The notes under the pieces: generated by a model
What the model was told of the DNA's origin: nothing
The model's input: the letters and a program-made list of their open reading frames with translations, nothing else
Databases searched by the model: none
NCBI GenBank assembly: GCA_963727525.1
Contig: CAVSGO010000007.1
Coordinates: 1,440,001-1,504,000, forward strand
Source: an uncultured bacterium
GTDB taxonomy: Bacteria > Krumholzibacteriota > Krumholzibacteriia > LZORAL124-64-63
DNA: 64,000 nucleotides
Direction: 5' to 3'
Translations under genes and position numbers: made by a program
Shown: one piece after another, positions 29,188 through 38,924 of the stretch
How positions within the stretch are numbered: the first letter of the stretch is position 1
How the letters are laid out: every line of letters begins with the position of its first letter

Positions 29188-30502
29188 CGAGGTTCCCCCT
29201 CACGGTGACGCCCACCAGATTCTGGTTCTCGACGTACGGTGGCGCCTGCACCCATTGCCCGAACGACGTGAAATCGATCCCCACGGGCACGAAGCCGTTC
29301 CAGCCGGCGACGGCGGCCGGGAAGGACGCCAGACTCCCCGCGGCGACGTCCGCCACGGAAGCCGCCGCGGCCGCGGCGCTGAACTGATGAATGTCGCCGC
29401 GCGCGCGCGGGCCGGCCGACAGCACGGCCGAAAGCGTCTGCCCCTGCACGGCGGCCTGCGTGAACCCGTGATCCAGCGCGGCCGCTTTCTGGAACTGATC
29501 CCGCGCCGGCCCGAGGTTGCCCTGATCGAGGTCGTCGAGCCCGTGGCAGTAGGCGAGGAAAGCCAGGTAGTTCTCTGTGGGCACCTTCGCGATCGCGTCG
29601 CGCTCCTCGGCGGTGAGCGTGATGCCCATGGCAGTGATGACGTCGAACACGAACGCCTTCTGCACGTCGAAGATCTTCCTGAGCGAGCCGCTCGCGGGTG
29701 CGGGCGTCGCCACTGAACTGTCGACGGTGTTGACCACCGCCCCGTCGATCCGGACCTCGTCGTCGCCCAGCCCGAGCAACGCCCCGGTGACGATACGCCG
29801 GCCGCCCAGGAGCCGTCCGAGGCGCGGCGCCGTGGCCGGGTCGGCCAGCTCGGACTGGCTCAGCGCCAGTTCCTTGCGCAGCGTCTCGATCTTCAACCGC
29901 TCCACCACGCGCAGCGCGTGCACCTTGGCCAGATCCAGGGCCGTGAACTCGGCGAGTCCCTTCGTCAGGGGCTGCAGGTCCGGGGGCAGGTCGTCACCGG
30001 CAAACGCGACCACCGCGACGGTGCTCTCGGGGATCGCCGCGGTCTCGAGCGCGTGCTCGTTCGCCAGGGCCTGCGCCACCTGCCGGCGCATCCGCACGTG
30101 CACGAGGTCGCGCACGCGGGCCTCGAGCAGATCGTGCGTCTCGCCGCCGGGATGCAGCCTCAGGGCGTTGCCATAGGCGCGCAGCGCCATATCCGTGTCG
30201 CCCTCGCGTTCGGCGACCATGCCCAGATACAGATGCGTCCGAGCGTCCGGCTGGATCCTGGCCGCCTGCTCGAGGGCTTCCGTGGCTCGCGCGTCGTCTC
30301 CCTGATCGAAGAACGCGACGCCGAGTTCCCGCCAGGCGTCGGCGTGGTCGGGGTGCGCCTGGATCGCGTTGTAGTACAGCTTCTGCGCTTCGGCGTAATC
30401 TCCCGCGCGGGCGCGCTTCTGGGCCTGGGTATACACGGACGGCGCACAGGCCGCCAGGACGGTGCACGCCGTGGCTACCAGGATCGCGAAGTACCGGCCC
30501 AT
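29174..30502 (-). CDS. TPR + CsgG/HfaB-domain lipoprotein
   Basis: Lipobox LAAC, TPRs, TVAVVAF...KGLAE...DL.KV..LRVVER..I..L..EL.L..S...DP.TA.R.G.LLG. Confidence 0.88.
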   Translation of the reverse strand: MGRYFAILVATACTVLAACAPSVYTQAQKRARAGDYAEAQKLYYNAIQAHPDHADAWRELGVAFFDQGDDARATEALEQAARIQPDARTHLYLGMVAEREGDTDMALRAYGNALRLHPGGETHDLLEARVRDLVHVRMRRQVAQALANEHALETAAIPESTVAVVAFAGDDLPPDLQPLTKGLAEFTALDLAKVHALRVVERLKIETLRKELALSQSELADPATAPRLGRLLGGRRIVTGALLGLGDDEVRIDGAVVNTVDSSVATPAPASGSLRKIFDVQKAFVFDVITAMGITLTAEERDAIAKVPTENYLAFLAYCHGLDDLDQGNLGPARDQFQKAAALDHGFTQAAVQGQTLSAVLSAGPRARGDIHQFSAAAAAASVADVAAGSLASFPAAVAGWNGFVPVGIDFTSFGQWVQAPPYVENQNLVGVTVRGNLDGQP

Positions 30503-30516
30503 GGTTCCTCCCCGCG

Positions 30517-31569
30517 CTAGGACGAGAGCGCCAGCGGGCGGTAGATGTCCATCTTCCTCTTCGCAGCGGCGTACGTCTGGTCCATGGCGTAGGCCTGCTT
30601 GAAGAAGTCGTACGCCTTTGCGTACTCGTAGTGGTCGACGTAGTAGAGGCCCTTGGAGTAGAGCGTCGCGGCGTCCAGGTTCTCGCTGCCGTTGGTGTCG
30701 ATCACGGTCTTGGCGGCGGGCGAGATGGCCACGTCCAGCTTATCCGCCAGCTTCTTGACCAGGTCTTCCTCCATCGCGAAGAAGTCGGGTTTGCCCTTCT
30801 CCTCGGCGGTGGCGAGGATCTCCGACGTTTCCACCTTCACGGCCTTCACCATCATGCGGGCCGTCTTCCCATCGAGTTGCATGATGCTCCCGAACACCAT
30901 GATCTGGGCGCCGAGCAGTTTCCCGGCTTTGACGGCCGTGGCCTCGTCGACCATGCCTTCCTGCGACATCATGATCTCCTTCAGCACGAAGTCGATCTTG
31001 TCGCGCTCGACCACCTTGAGATCATCGAGGGCGCGGAAGTCGGACTCGAACGCGTCGCTCAGCCCCTTGGCGAGGAATCCGAGCTCTTCCTGGTACTTGC
31101 CGGTCGAGTAGTTATCGAACTCCATGATCGCGATGGTCCGCACCTGCGGCGACTCCGTGCTTTGGCAGGTCAGTGCGTCGTTGTCCTTGAGGATGGTGTA
31201 CCACTGCTCCCGCAGCGGCTTGACCCAGAAACTCGACGGCAGTTCATCGCGGCAGGGGCCGAGTTCGCGGATCTTCTCGAGATAGGCCCGCGCCTGCCCG
31301 AGGTGCTCGGCGCCCATCGAGTACTGGATCGTGCTCATCGCGGCATAGGCACCGATGCGATCCTCCTTCGAGAGGTCGTCTTGCTTCAGGAGCTGTGCGA
31401 CCATCGCCTGGCTCTTCTCGAGGTCGCCGTCGAAGCACACCTGCAGCGCCGCCGCGACCCGCTCCGAAATCGATTCGCCTGCCTGCGCCGGGCTCGCGGC
31501 CATCAGCATCAGGACCATTGGCACCGCCATCGCCGCCAGATAGGTCATCGCGCGTTTCGTTGTTCTCAT
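30517..31569 (-). CDS. Secreted CsgG/HfaB-domain protein
   Basis: Signal peptide; TIAIMEFDN, LKVVERDKIDFVLKE, VDEATAVKAGKLLGAQ.MVFGS, VKVETSEIL. Confidence 0.88.
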   Translation of the reverse strand: MRTTKRAMTYLAAMAVPMVLMLMAASPAQAGESISERVAAALQVCFDGDLEKSQAMVAQLLKQDDLSKEDRIGAYAAMSTIQYSMGAEHLGQARAYLEKIRELGPCRDELPSSFWVKPLREQWYTILKDNDALTCQSTESPQVRTIAIMEFDNYSTGKYQEELGFLAKGLSDAFESDFRALDDLKVVERDKIDFVLKEIMMSQEGMVDEATAVKAGKLLGAQIMVFGSIMQLDGKTARMMVKAVKVETSEILATAEEKGKPDFFAMEEDLVKKLADKLDVAISPAAKTVIDTNGSENLDAATLYSKGLYYVDHYEYAKAYDFFKQAYAMDQTYAAAKRKMDIYRPLALSS

Positions 31570-31625
31570 GCTCGGCTCCCGCGTTGGAATCCCGTGCGAT
31601 CTCATCACGCATCGTCGCCGACCCG

Positions 31626-33554
31626 TCACTTCCGCGCAAGCGGAACCTTGACGGCGGAATCCATGTCCTTGCTCACGATAACGTCGATCTCGCCGCGCCA
31701 CTGCTCCCCGTCGATGTCCGCCCTGACGGCGAAGGTGTGCTTGCCGGGGCGAAGCTGGACGCGACTCGGCGTCAGCGAGCCGATCGCCTTGCCATCGATC
31801 GAGATATGGGCGCCCGGGATGCCCTGGCCCCCGAAGAGTGCCACGACGGTGACCGGGACCGGACTCACGTCCTCTCCCTGGTCGCCTTCCGAACGGTCCT
31901 GTGACGGTCTGTCGAACGTGAGCCGCCCGAGCTTGCCGGCGACCAGGGTGACGTTCCGTGTGTCCGTGGCCGCCGGGTGGCCGAGATAGCGTACCGAGAC
32001 GACGCGGTCCCCCGGACCGAGCGTCAATGTCGTGTCCCCCCGGACCGTGCCGATCCCGCGGCCATCGACCGTGAGGCGGCCGGGGCTCGCAGGTGGCAGC
32101 GAAATCGCGAGGCGCGCCGTGGCCGGCGGGGGCGGCGGCAGGGCGGCCGCGACGCGGAAGGAATCGACGGTCGACCAGAGCAGGGGTCCGGCGGACAGGG
32201 CTTCTGTCCCGACCCGCCAGTAGTAGGTGCCGGCGGACTCCGGTCGCGCCAGGACGTGGGTGGTGCCGGGACACGCGGCCTGGAACAGAGGCGTCACGAG
32301 GTCGGCGTTGTCCGCCACGACGAGACGATAACCTCTCGCCGCCGCGGAACCGGTCCAGCGGAAGCTCACGAGCGAATCACCGATCACCTCGCCTCGCGGA
32401 GCCAGAACGACGGGCGCCACGGCCCTCGGCTCCGGAGGTTCCGGAGATTTCTGCGGCGTCAGCAGGCGCCACGCGACCACGGCGGCGACCGCGAGCACCG
32501 CGACCACGGCGATCCCCACGCGGAGCCGCACGCGTCCGCCGCCCGCGGCATCCGCCGGCGGCGTCGGGATCGTCGGAGGCGGAGGTGGCGTCGGTGCCTT
32601 CGGTGGCGGCGGCGGTGCCGTCGGCGGCAGCGTGGCCTGCGGCAGCGGGCTCGGATGCAGCACCGCCGGCCCTGGATCCAGCGCTGCATCGGGGTTCAGC
32701 GTTGCCTCGGGATTCAGCACCCCTTGACGGGGCCGGGTCGACGTGCCGGCGCCGGCACGGCCGAGCGCATCGCGCATCGCGGCCGCGGACGGGAAACGTT
32801 GCGCAGGATCCCGGGCGATGGCGCGCGACACCGCGGCTTCGACGTCCGGCGGGATCGCCGGGTTCACCGTCGCCAGCGGGATGAATGTGCCCTCGCGCTT
32901 GGCCTCGAAGATCTCGTAGGTATCCGCACCCTCGAAAGGATACCTGTGGGCAAGCATGTAATAGAGCATCACCCCGACGGCGTAGATGTCGCAGCGGACC
33001 CAGTCGACCGTCTCCGACGTGCGGAATTGCTCCGGCGCCATGTACCGCGGCGAGCCGACCGATGAGCCCACCTGGGTGAGTTCGGGATCCGTCGCCCCCT
33101 TGGCCACGCCGAAGTCGATGATCTTCACCTGGCCGTCGCGCGCGATCATCACATTGGTCGGCTTGATGTCGCGGTGGATCACGCCCTGCCGATGCGCGTA
33201 GTCCAGGATCGTCAGGACGGACTGGACGAGCGCGAGGCTGCGATCCAGGTCCGGCGGCTGGTCGGAGCGGATGAGATCGTCGAGCGTGGGCCCGTCGATG
33301 TACTCCATCGCGATGTAGAAGCGCCCGTTGGCGTCAAAAAAATCCTTGATCTGGCAGACGCCGCTGGTCCCATCGAGCACCGCGAGCTTCTCGGCCTCCA
33401 GCCGAAAGCGCTCGATCATCTGCGGGTCGCACATCTCCTTCAGGACGACGCGCAGGCTCGGGACGTCGCGATGCGCCGCGAGGAATACGGACGCCATGCC
33501 GCCCGCGCCCAGCTTGTGCAGCACGCGATACTTGCCGATGAACTCTTCCACCAT
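31626..33554 (-). CDS. Membrane Hanks-type Ser/Thr kinase with extracytoplasmic Ig/PEGA-like domains
   Basis: LGAGGMASV, VLK, HRDIKPTN, DFG, YMAPE, DIYAVG; Pro-rich linker, TM, PEGA-like (GAHISIDGK..G..TP...L.PG.H). Confidence 0.95.
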   Translation of the reverse strand: MVEEFIGKYRVLHKLGAGGMASVFLAAHRDVPSLRVVLKEMCDPQMIERFRLEAEKLAVLDGTSGVCQIKDFFDANGRFYIAMEYIDGPTLDDLIRSDQPPDLDRSLALVQSVLTILDYAHRQGVIHRDIKPTNVMIARDGQVKIIDFGVAKGATDPELTQVGSSVGSPRYMAPEQFRTSETVDWVRCDIYAVGVMLYYMLAHRYPFEGADTYEIFEAKREGTFIPLATVNPAIPPDVEAAVSRAIARDPAQRFPSAAAMRDALGRAGAGTSTRPRQGVLNPEATLNPDAALDPGPAVLHPSPLPQATLPPTAPPPPPKAPTPPPPPTIPTPPADAAGGGRVRLRVGIAVVAVLAVAAVVAWRLLTPQKSPEPPEPRAVAPVVLAPRGEVIGDSLVSFRWTGSAAARGYRLVVADNADLVTPLFQAACPGTTHVLARPESAGTYYWRVGTEALSAGPLLWSTVDSFRVAAALPPPPPATARLAISLPPASPGRLTVDGRGIGTVRGDTTLTLGPGDRVVSVRYLGHPAATDTRNVTLVAGKLGRLTFDRPSQDRSEGDQGEDVSPVPVTVVALFGGQGIPGAHISIDGKAIGSLTPSRVQLRPGKHTFAVRADIDGEQWRGEIDVIVSKDMDSAVKVPLARK

Positions 33555-33757
33555 GGGGAGGCTGACTCGATTTCTCGCCGCCAGGGCCGTCAGGGGTGGC
33601 GTATCGTGGTCCGCGCCGGATCCCGGCTACCGGAATGCCGAAGATACCACGACCGTCTGGCAGTGACAACAGGCTCTCGACGACGCGCCCGGCGATGCGT
33701 GGTAGAATGCGACCATCTCACCGGCCCCTCGGGCGCAGGCACAAGAAAGGAACGAGC

Positions 33758-33919
33758 ATGAAACAGGGCCGCCCCAGCCTGTTCCTCGGCGCCGCCGCGG
33801 CGTGGTTCCTCCTCGTCGCGTTCGCCGTCTTCCTGCGCCGGGGCATCTGGCTCGGCGGCCTGATTTTCGTGGCCACCGGAATCTCCTTCGCCATCCTCGC
33901 GCTGCGCAGACGTCGCTAG
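33758..33919 (+). CDS. Small two-TM membrane protein
   Basis: AAAGGA RBS; extended -10 TGGTAGAAT at 33700-33708; two hydrophobic helices, basic tail. Confidence 0.6.
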   Translation: MKQGRPSLFLGAAAAWFLLVAFAVFLRRGIWLGGLIFVATGISFAILALRRRR

Positions 33920-33960
33920 CGAGCGCCGGGCGCTTCCCACGGCAGGCTCGCCCCCAGGGC

Positions 33961-36087
33961 TCAATTCTGGATGACCTTCGAACCCTTGATCGCGACATCC
34001 TTACTGGCCTTGATGGCGATCGCGCCCGAGCCCTTGATCGTGATGTCCTTGCCCTCGATCACGATGGTGCCATCCTTCTTCAGCGCGATCGTCGCGTCGC
34101 CCGTCCTGAAGGTGATCGAGTCCTCCGCCTCGATGACCGCGTTCTTACCGACCGTGAGCACGTTGTCCTCGGCCACCGTGATCGTGCGCGCCTCGCCGAC
34201 CTCGATCGTCTGGTTCTTCCCGATCGACTGCGTGTGGTCCTTGCCGACGTTCTCGGCATGGTCGTTGCCGACATTCTCGTTGTGGCTACTTCCAATCGTG
34301 GTGCGCTGATGTGAGCCAACGGTGAGGGACCGCGCCGCGCCCACCGTGACCTCCTGCGCCCCACCGATGCTGACCGCCTCGTTCGCACCGACGTTGTGGA
34401 AACGCGCGAGCGCCACCGACACCGTCTCCGTCTTGCTGACCACCCGCGACCGGTCGCCGCCGACGGAAAGCGACTCGTTGCGCGCGACGGTCTCCGTGCG
34501 GTCGTTGCCGATGGAGACGGACTCGTCGTGTCCAACGCTTTCCGTCTTGTCGTTCTCGACGACGATGGTCTCGTCCTTCTGGGCATGGATCGAGAGTTCC
34601 TCGCTGCCCTTCTGGTCCTCCATCCGGATCTCGTTGAAATCGTCGGTGCCGCCGCCCTTGCTGGACCGGCTCTTGATGCCCGACTGCGTCTTGTTATCCG
34701 GCAGGCCATACGGCGGCATCTGGTCCCCGTTGTACACCTCCCCCGTGATCAGGGGACGATCGGGGTCGCCCTCGAGGAACTCGATCACCACCTCCTGCCC
34801 CATGCGCGGGATATGCACCATGCCCCAGTTCTTGCCGGCCCACGCGTGGGCGACTCGCACCCAGCAAGAACTGGATTCGTCGTTCTTGCCGTAGCGATCC
34901 CAGTGGAACTGCACCTTCACGCGACCATACTTGTCCGTCCAGATCTCCTCACCGGACGGCCCCACCACGACCGCGGTCTGCGGCCCGGCGATCATCGGTT
35001 TCGCTGTCGCGCGCGGCGACCGGTAGGGAACCTGGGCGTTGATGGCGTCGAACGTGCCGCTGTAGGACGTCTCGCCCCCCTGCCCACCGCCCGACTCGTA
35101 CGCGCCGGCCTCGAGCACGTGGTGGGCACCGACGACGAGGTACTCCTGGTTCTGGTCCTGGCGGGGATGGTCGGTCAGCTTGAACAAGCACCCGGCGACC
35201 AGACCCCGGGTCGTTCCCGACGCATGGAACGTCTCGTACGCGGCCATCAGTTCTTCCATGCGATACTTCACATACTCGTTGCCGACACCGGTCGCGACGT
35301 ACTCGCCGGGATAGTCATAGATCTTGAAGTCGGCACCGCTGTGCTTCTTCTGGGCCGTCGCGGTCACGCCAATGTCGCTTCGGGGCGACTCGAAATCGAA
35401 GTCGTCGAGCGCGTAAGCCGTGGCTTGCACCTTCTGGGACATGCGCCAGTCGAGGAACCGATCGAGATCGGCCTTGTCGCTCGATTCGTCGGGGAAGAAC
35501 GGCACGGTCTCGTATCCCGCCACGGCGCCGTGGGAACTGTAGCCATCGGCGAGCACGAGGACGTGGCGCGCGCTCTCGTGCTTGAAGTAGTAGTAGATCC
35601 CCTCCTGCTCCATGAGGCGGCTGACGAAGTTGAAGGCGGTTTCGCGATACTGTACGCAGTAGTCCCAGGCCGCGTACTGGCCGCTCAACGTGTCCTCGAA
35701 ATCGGAGAATCCGAAATCGCGAAACACGGTCTTGATGATGTCCGGAACCGTCATGCCCTGGAAGATCCGGCAATCGGCCGTGCGCGACAGAAACCATAGC
35801 CATGGCTGGAGCTTCACCTCGTAGTGTGCGTAGCGACCGACCGATCCGACCGCGGCGAGCTGGCTCACGATACCATGGAAATGCCGCTGGCTCCCGTCCG
35901 GGAGTTCAGCATGCACGGTCATCCCTTGCCCCAGCAGGGATTCCAGCTTGATCCCGTGATCGTCGCTCAGCAACTCGACGTTGTAATCGAAGAGCCGGCC
36001 GAGCGCTTCCGCCGCCGTCATCCGGAAGAAGAGCAGGACGTCATCACCCAGGGGTGTCGTGACGGAGAATGGTCTATCGGATTGCAT
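33961..36087 (-). CDS. tssI: T6SS spike protein VgrG
   Basis: YCVQYRET.FNFVSRLMEQEGIYY, GPQTAVVVG..GEEIWTDKYGRVKVQFHWDR, PR.GQEV.IEFLEGDPDRP, Gp5 beta-helix tail. Confidence 0.98.
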   Translation of the reverse strand: MQSDRPFSVTTPLGDDVLLFFRMTAAEALGRLFDYNVELLSDDHGIKLESLLGQGMTVHAELPDGSQRHFHGIVSQLAAVGSVGRYAHYEVKLQPWLWFLSRTADCRIFQGMTVPDIIKTVFRDFGFSDFEDTLSGQYAAWDYCVQYRETAFNFVSRLMEQEGIYYYFKHESARHVLVLADGYSSHGAVAGYETVPFFPDESSDKADLDRFLDWRMSQKVQATAYALDDFDFESPRSDIGVTATAQKKHSGADFKIYDYPGEYVATGVGNEYVKYRMEELMAAYETFHASGTTRGLVAGCLFKLTDHPRQDQNQEYLVVGAHHVLEAGAYESGGGQGGETSYSGTFDAINAQVPYRSPRATAKPMIAGPQTAVVVGPSGEEIWTDKYGRVKVQFHWDRYGKNDESSSCWVRVAHAWAGKNWGMVHIPRMGQEVVIEFLEGDPDRPLITGEVYNGDQMPPYGLPDNKTQSGIKSRSSKGGGTDDFNEIRMEDQKGSEELSIHAQKDETIVVENDKTESVGHDESVSIGNDRTETVARNESLSVGGDRSRVVSKTETVSVALARFHNVGANEAVSIGGAQEVTVGAARSLTVGSHQRTTIGSSHNENVGNDHAENVGKDHTQSIGKNQTIEVGEARTITVAEDNVLTVGKNAVIEAEDSITFRTGDATIALKKDGTIVIEGKDITIKGSGAIAIKASKDVAIKGSKVIQN

Positions 36088-36169
36088 GGTCTCGGCTCCT
36101 TGCAAGAGCAACGGCGATCACGCCGGATGCCGTCCATTGCGAACGATTCCCGAACACCTGCGTGCCGGG

Positions 36170-38896
36170 TCAGGCCTCGTCGTAGAGATACGCGAACGCG
36201 CCGTTCTCCACCTCGATACGGACCCTCGCGATCGGCCGTCCTTCCATCATACGCGTCAGGAGTTCCTCGCTGATCTGCGGCAGGACGCTGTTCGTCAGGA
36301 TCGCGTCGATCATGCGGCCCCCGCTCTCCAGCTCCGTGCACCGACTCACGATGAGATCGATCACGGCGTCATCGTAGGTCAGGTCGACGCCGTAACTCTC
36401 ACGCACGCGCCGTCCGACCCGCGAGAGCTGCAGGCGCGCGATCTTGCCGACAACCTCGTCGCTCAACGGGTAGTACGGGACCACGATGAGACGCCCGAGC
36501 AACGCCGCGGGGAATGTCTTCAGCAGGGGTTCGCGCAGCGTCTTCGCCAGCCCATCGGCATCGGGCATGAGATCCGGGTCCTGGCACATCGACATGATCA
36601 GGTCGGAGCCGACGTTGGAGGTCAGCAGGATCAGCGTGTTCTTGAAGTCGATGAGACGCCCCTCGCCATCCTCCATCATCCCCTTGTCGAAGACCTGGAA
36701 GAAGATCTCGTGGACATCGGGGTGGGCTTTCTCCACCTCGTCGAGCAGGACCACGCTGTAAGGCCGGCGTCGCACGGCCTCCGTGAGCACTCCGCCCTCG
36801 CCATAGCCGACATAGCCCGGCGGCGCCCCCTTCAAGGTGGAGACGGTGTGCGCCTCCTGGAACTCGCTCATGTTGATCGTGATCAGATTCTGTTCGCCGC
36901 CGTAGAGTGTCTCCGCCAGCGCGAGCGCCGTCTCCGTCTTGCCCACGCCCGAGGGGCCGGCCAGCAGGAACACCCCGACCGGCTTGCCGGGATGATCGAG
37001 CCGGGCGCGCGACGTGTGGATTCGGCGGGCGATCATCTGCAGCGCATGATCCTGTCCGATGATGCGCTGGCCGAGCGTGCGGTCGAGCTTGAGGATCATC
37101 TCGATCTCGTTGCGCACCATCCGGCCCACCGGGACACCCGTCCATTCGGCCACGATGGTCGCCACCGCCTGGGCGTCGACACTCGGCAGGATGAGCGGAT
37201 GCTCCCCCTGCTGCTGCGCGAGTTCCCCCTGCAGCTCGCGCAGGCGCGCCAGCCGCTCGGTTCGCTCCTTTGCCGTCAGCTCCGCGGTCACGGCGGCATC
37301 GGCCGCCTTCTCGAGATCGCTCTCGGTGCCCTCCACCGCCTGCGAATCGCCCCTCAGCTCGGCGCGCAGCGCGAGCACCTGCTTCACCAGTTCCTGTTCT
37401 CGAGTCCAGCGCGCCTCGATGCCCGCCAGCCGCGTTTGCTCCTCCTCGAGACGCGCCTTCGCCTCGGCCTCGCGTGCCAGGGTCTCCACGCCGATGGCCT
37501 CCTCGCGGCCGATGATCCCCAGTTCCGTCTCGAGCGCAGCGATCCGCCGGCGCGAGTCGTCCACCTCCGGCGGCACGGAGTACTGGCTGATGGCCACGCG
37601 CGCGCACGCCGTATCGAGCAGGCTGACCGACTTATCGGGGAGCTGGCGGTCGGGGATGTAACGGTGCGAGAGGCGCACGCTCGACTCGAGCGCCTCGTCC
37701 AGCACCTGAATGCGGTGGTGGGCCTCGAGTGTCGACGCCATCGCGCGCATCATGAGGATGGCTTGCTCCTCCGTGGGCTCCTCGACCTTGACCACCTGGA
37801 ATCGCCGCGTCAGCGCCGGATCCTTCTCGATGTGCTTCTTGTACTCGGCCCAGGTCGTGGCGGCGATCGTGCGCAGCGTGCCGCGTGCCAGCGCCGGTTT
37901 GAGCAGGTTGGCCGCATCGCCCGTACCCGCGGCCCCGCCCGCGCCGATGAGGGTGTGCGCCTCGTCGATGAAGAGGATGATCGGCTGCTCGGACGACTGC
38001 ACCTCGTCGATCACTTGCCGCAGACGATTCTCGAACTCACCCTTCATGCTCGCCCCGGCCTGCAGCAGACCGATGTCGAGCGTTCGCAACTGGACATTCG
38101 CGAGCGGCGGCGGCACGTCGCCCGACGCGATCCGCAGGGCGAACCCCTCGACCACCGCCGTTTTGCCCACACCGGCCTCGCCGGTGAGGATCGGGTTGTT
38201 CTGGCGGCGCCGCATGAGGATGTCGACGACCTTACGGATCTCCGGATCGCGGCCCACGATCGGGTCGATCTGGCCGGCCCGCGCCTTCGCCGTGAGATCC
38301 ACGCTGAAGCGCTGCAGCGCGTCCTGCTTGCCCATCTGGGCCGGCGCCATCGCGCCACTGGCCTCGCCGGGCTGGGCGCCCTCGCCAGGGGTGAAACCGT
38401 CCGACGCCCGCAGGCCATCCTCGGGCGAGCCGGCGCAGATCTCCGTAAATCGATCCGTGAGGGCGTCGAGCCGGATCTTGTCGAACTCCGGCGAGATACC
38501 CATCATAACGTTGCGCAACGCGCGGGTGTTGAGGATGCCCACCACGAGATGCCCCGTGCGAACTTGCGACTCGCCGAACAGCAGCGACCCGTAGACCCAG
38601 CCGCGTTCGACCGCGTCCTCGATGTGCGACGAGAGATCGGAGATGGACGTCGATCCCCGCGGGAGCCGCTCGAGGTCGTTCGTGACGTCCCGGGCGAGCC
38701 GCGCAGGTTCGAGTTCGAACTCCTTGATGATCCGGTGCAGATCCGAGTCGCGGAGCTGGAGGATCTGGTGAATCCAGTGGACGAGTTCCACGTAGGGATT
38801 GCCGCGCAGCTTGCAGAATACGGTCGCGCTCTCGATCGCCTTGTAGCCGATCGCGTTGAGCTTGCCGAATAGGGCCGTTCGCTTGATTCCCGACAT
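36170..38896 (-). CDS. tssH: T6SS ATPase ClpV
   Basis: RRRQNNPILTGEAGVGKTA, GPSGVGKTETA, GAPPGYVGYGEGG; N-terminal LFGKLN...CKLRGNPYVELVHW. Confidence 0.98.
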   Translation of the reverse strand: MSGIKRTALFGKLNAIGYKAIESATVFCKLRGNPYVELVHWIHQILQLRDSDLHRIIKEFELEPARLARDVTNDLERLPRGSTSISDLSSHIEDAVERGWVYGSLLFGESQVRTGHLVVGILNTRALRNVMMGISPEFDKIRLDALTDRFTEICAGSPEDGLRASDGFTPGEGAQPGEASGAMAPAQMGKQDALQRFSVDLTAKARAGQIDPIVGRDPEIRKVVDILMRRRQNNPILTGEAGVGKTAVVEGFALRIASGDVPPPLANVQLRTLDIGLLQAGASMKGEFENRLRQVIDEVQSSEQPIILFIDEAHTLIGAGGAAGTGDAANLLKPALARGTLRTIAATTWAEYKKHIEKDPALTRRFQVVKVEEPTEEQAILMMRAMASTLEAHHRIQVLDEALESSVRLSHRYIPDRQLPDKSVSLLDTACARVAISQYSVPPEVDDSRRRIAALETELGIIGREEAIGVETLAREAEAKARLEEEQTRLAGIEARWTREQELVKQVLALRAELRGDSQAVEGTESDLEKAADAAVTAELTAKERTERLARLRELQGELAQQQGEHPLILPSVDAQAVATIVAEWTGVPVGRMVRNEIEMILKLDRTLGQRIIGQDHALQMIARRIHTSRARLDHPGKPVGVFLLAGPSGVGKTETALALAETLYGGEQNLITINMSEFQEAHTVSTLKGAPPGYVGYGEGGVLTEAVRRRPYSVVLLDEVEKAHPDVHEIFFQVFDKGMMEDGEGRLIDFKNTLILLTSNVGSDLIMSMCQDPDLMPDADGLAKTLREPLLKTFPAALLGRLIVVPYYPLSDEVVGKIARLQLSRVGRRVRESYGVDLTYDDAVIDLIVSRCTELESGGRMIDAILTNSVLPQISEELLTRMMEGRPIARVRIEVENGAFAYLYDEA

Positions 38897-38924
38897 ATTC
38901 ACACCTCCCGGTTTTCCGCGACGA

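Noticed and set aside
29174-31569. Curli biogenesis operon
   Set aside because: CsgG-like domains only; no curlin repeats or csgE/csgF-like genes
32530-32720. GGC/CCG-rich low-complexity tract
   Set aside because: Explained by the Pro-rich linker of the Ser/Thr kinase
36059-38872. 937-aa plus-strand ORF and other long antisense ORFs (e.g. 16713..19001, 26559..28334, 34396..35799)
   Set aside because: They mirror well-supported genes on the opposite strand, have no motifs, and are expected in high-GC DNA
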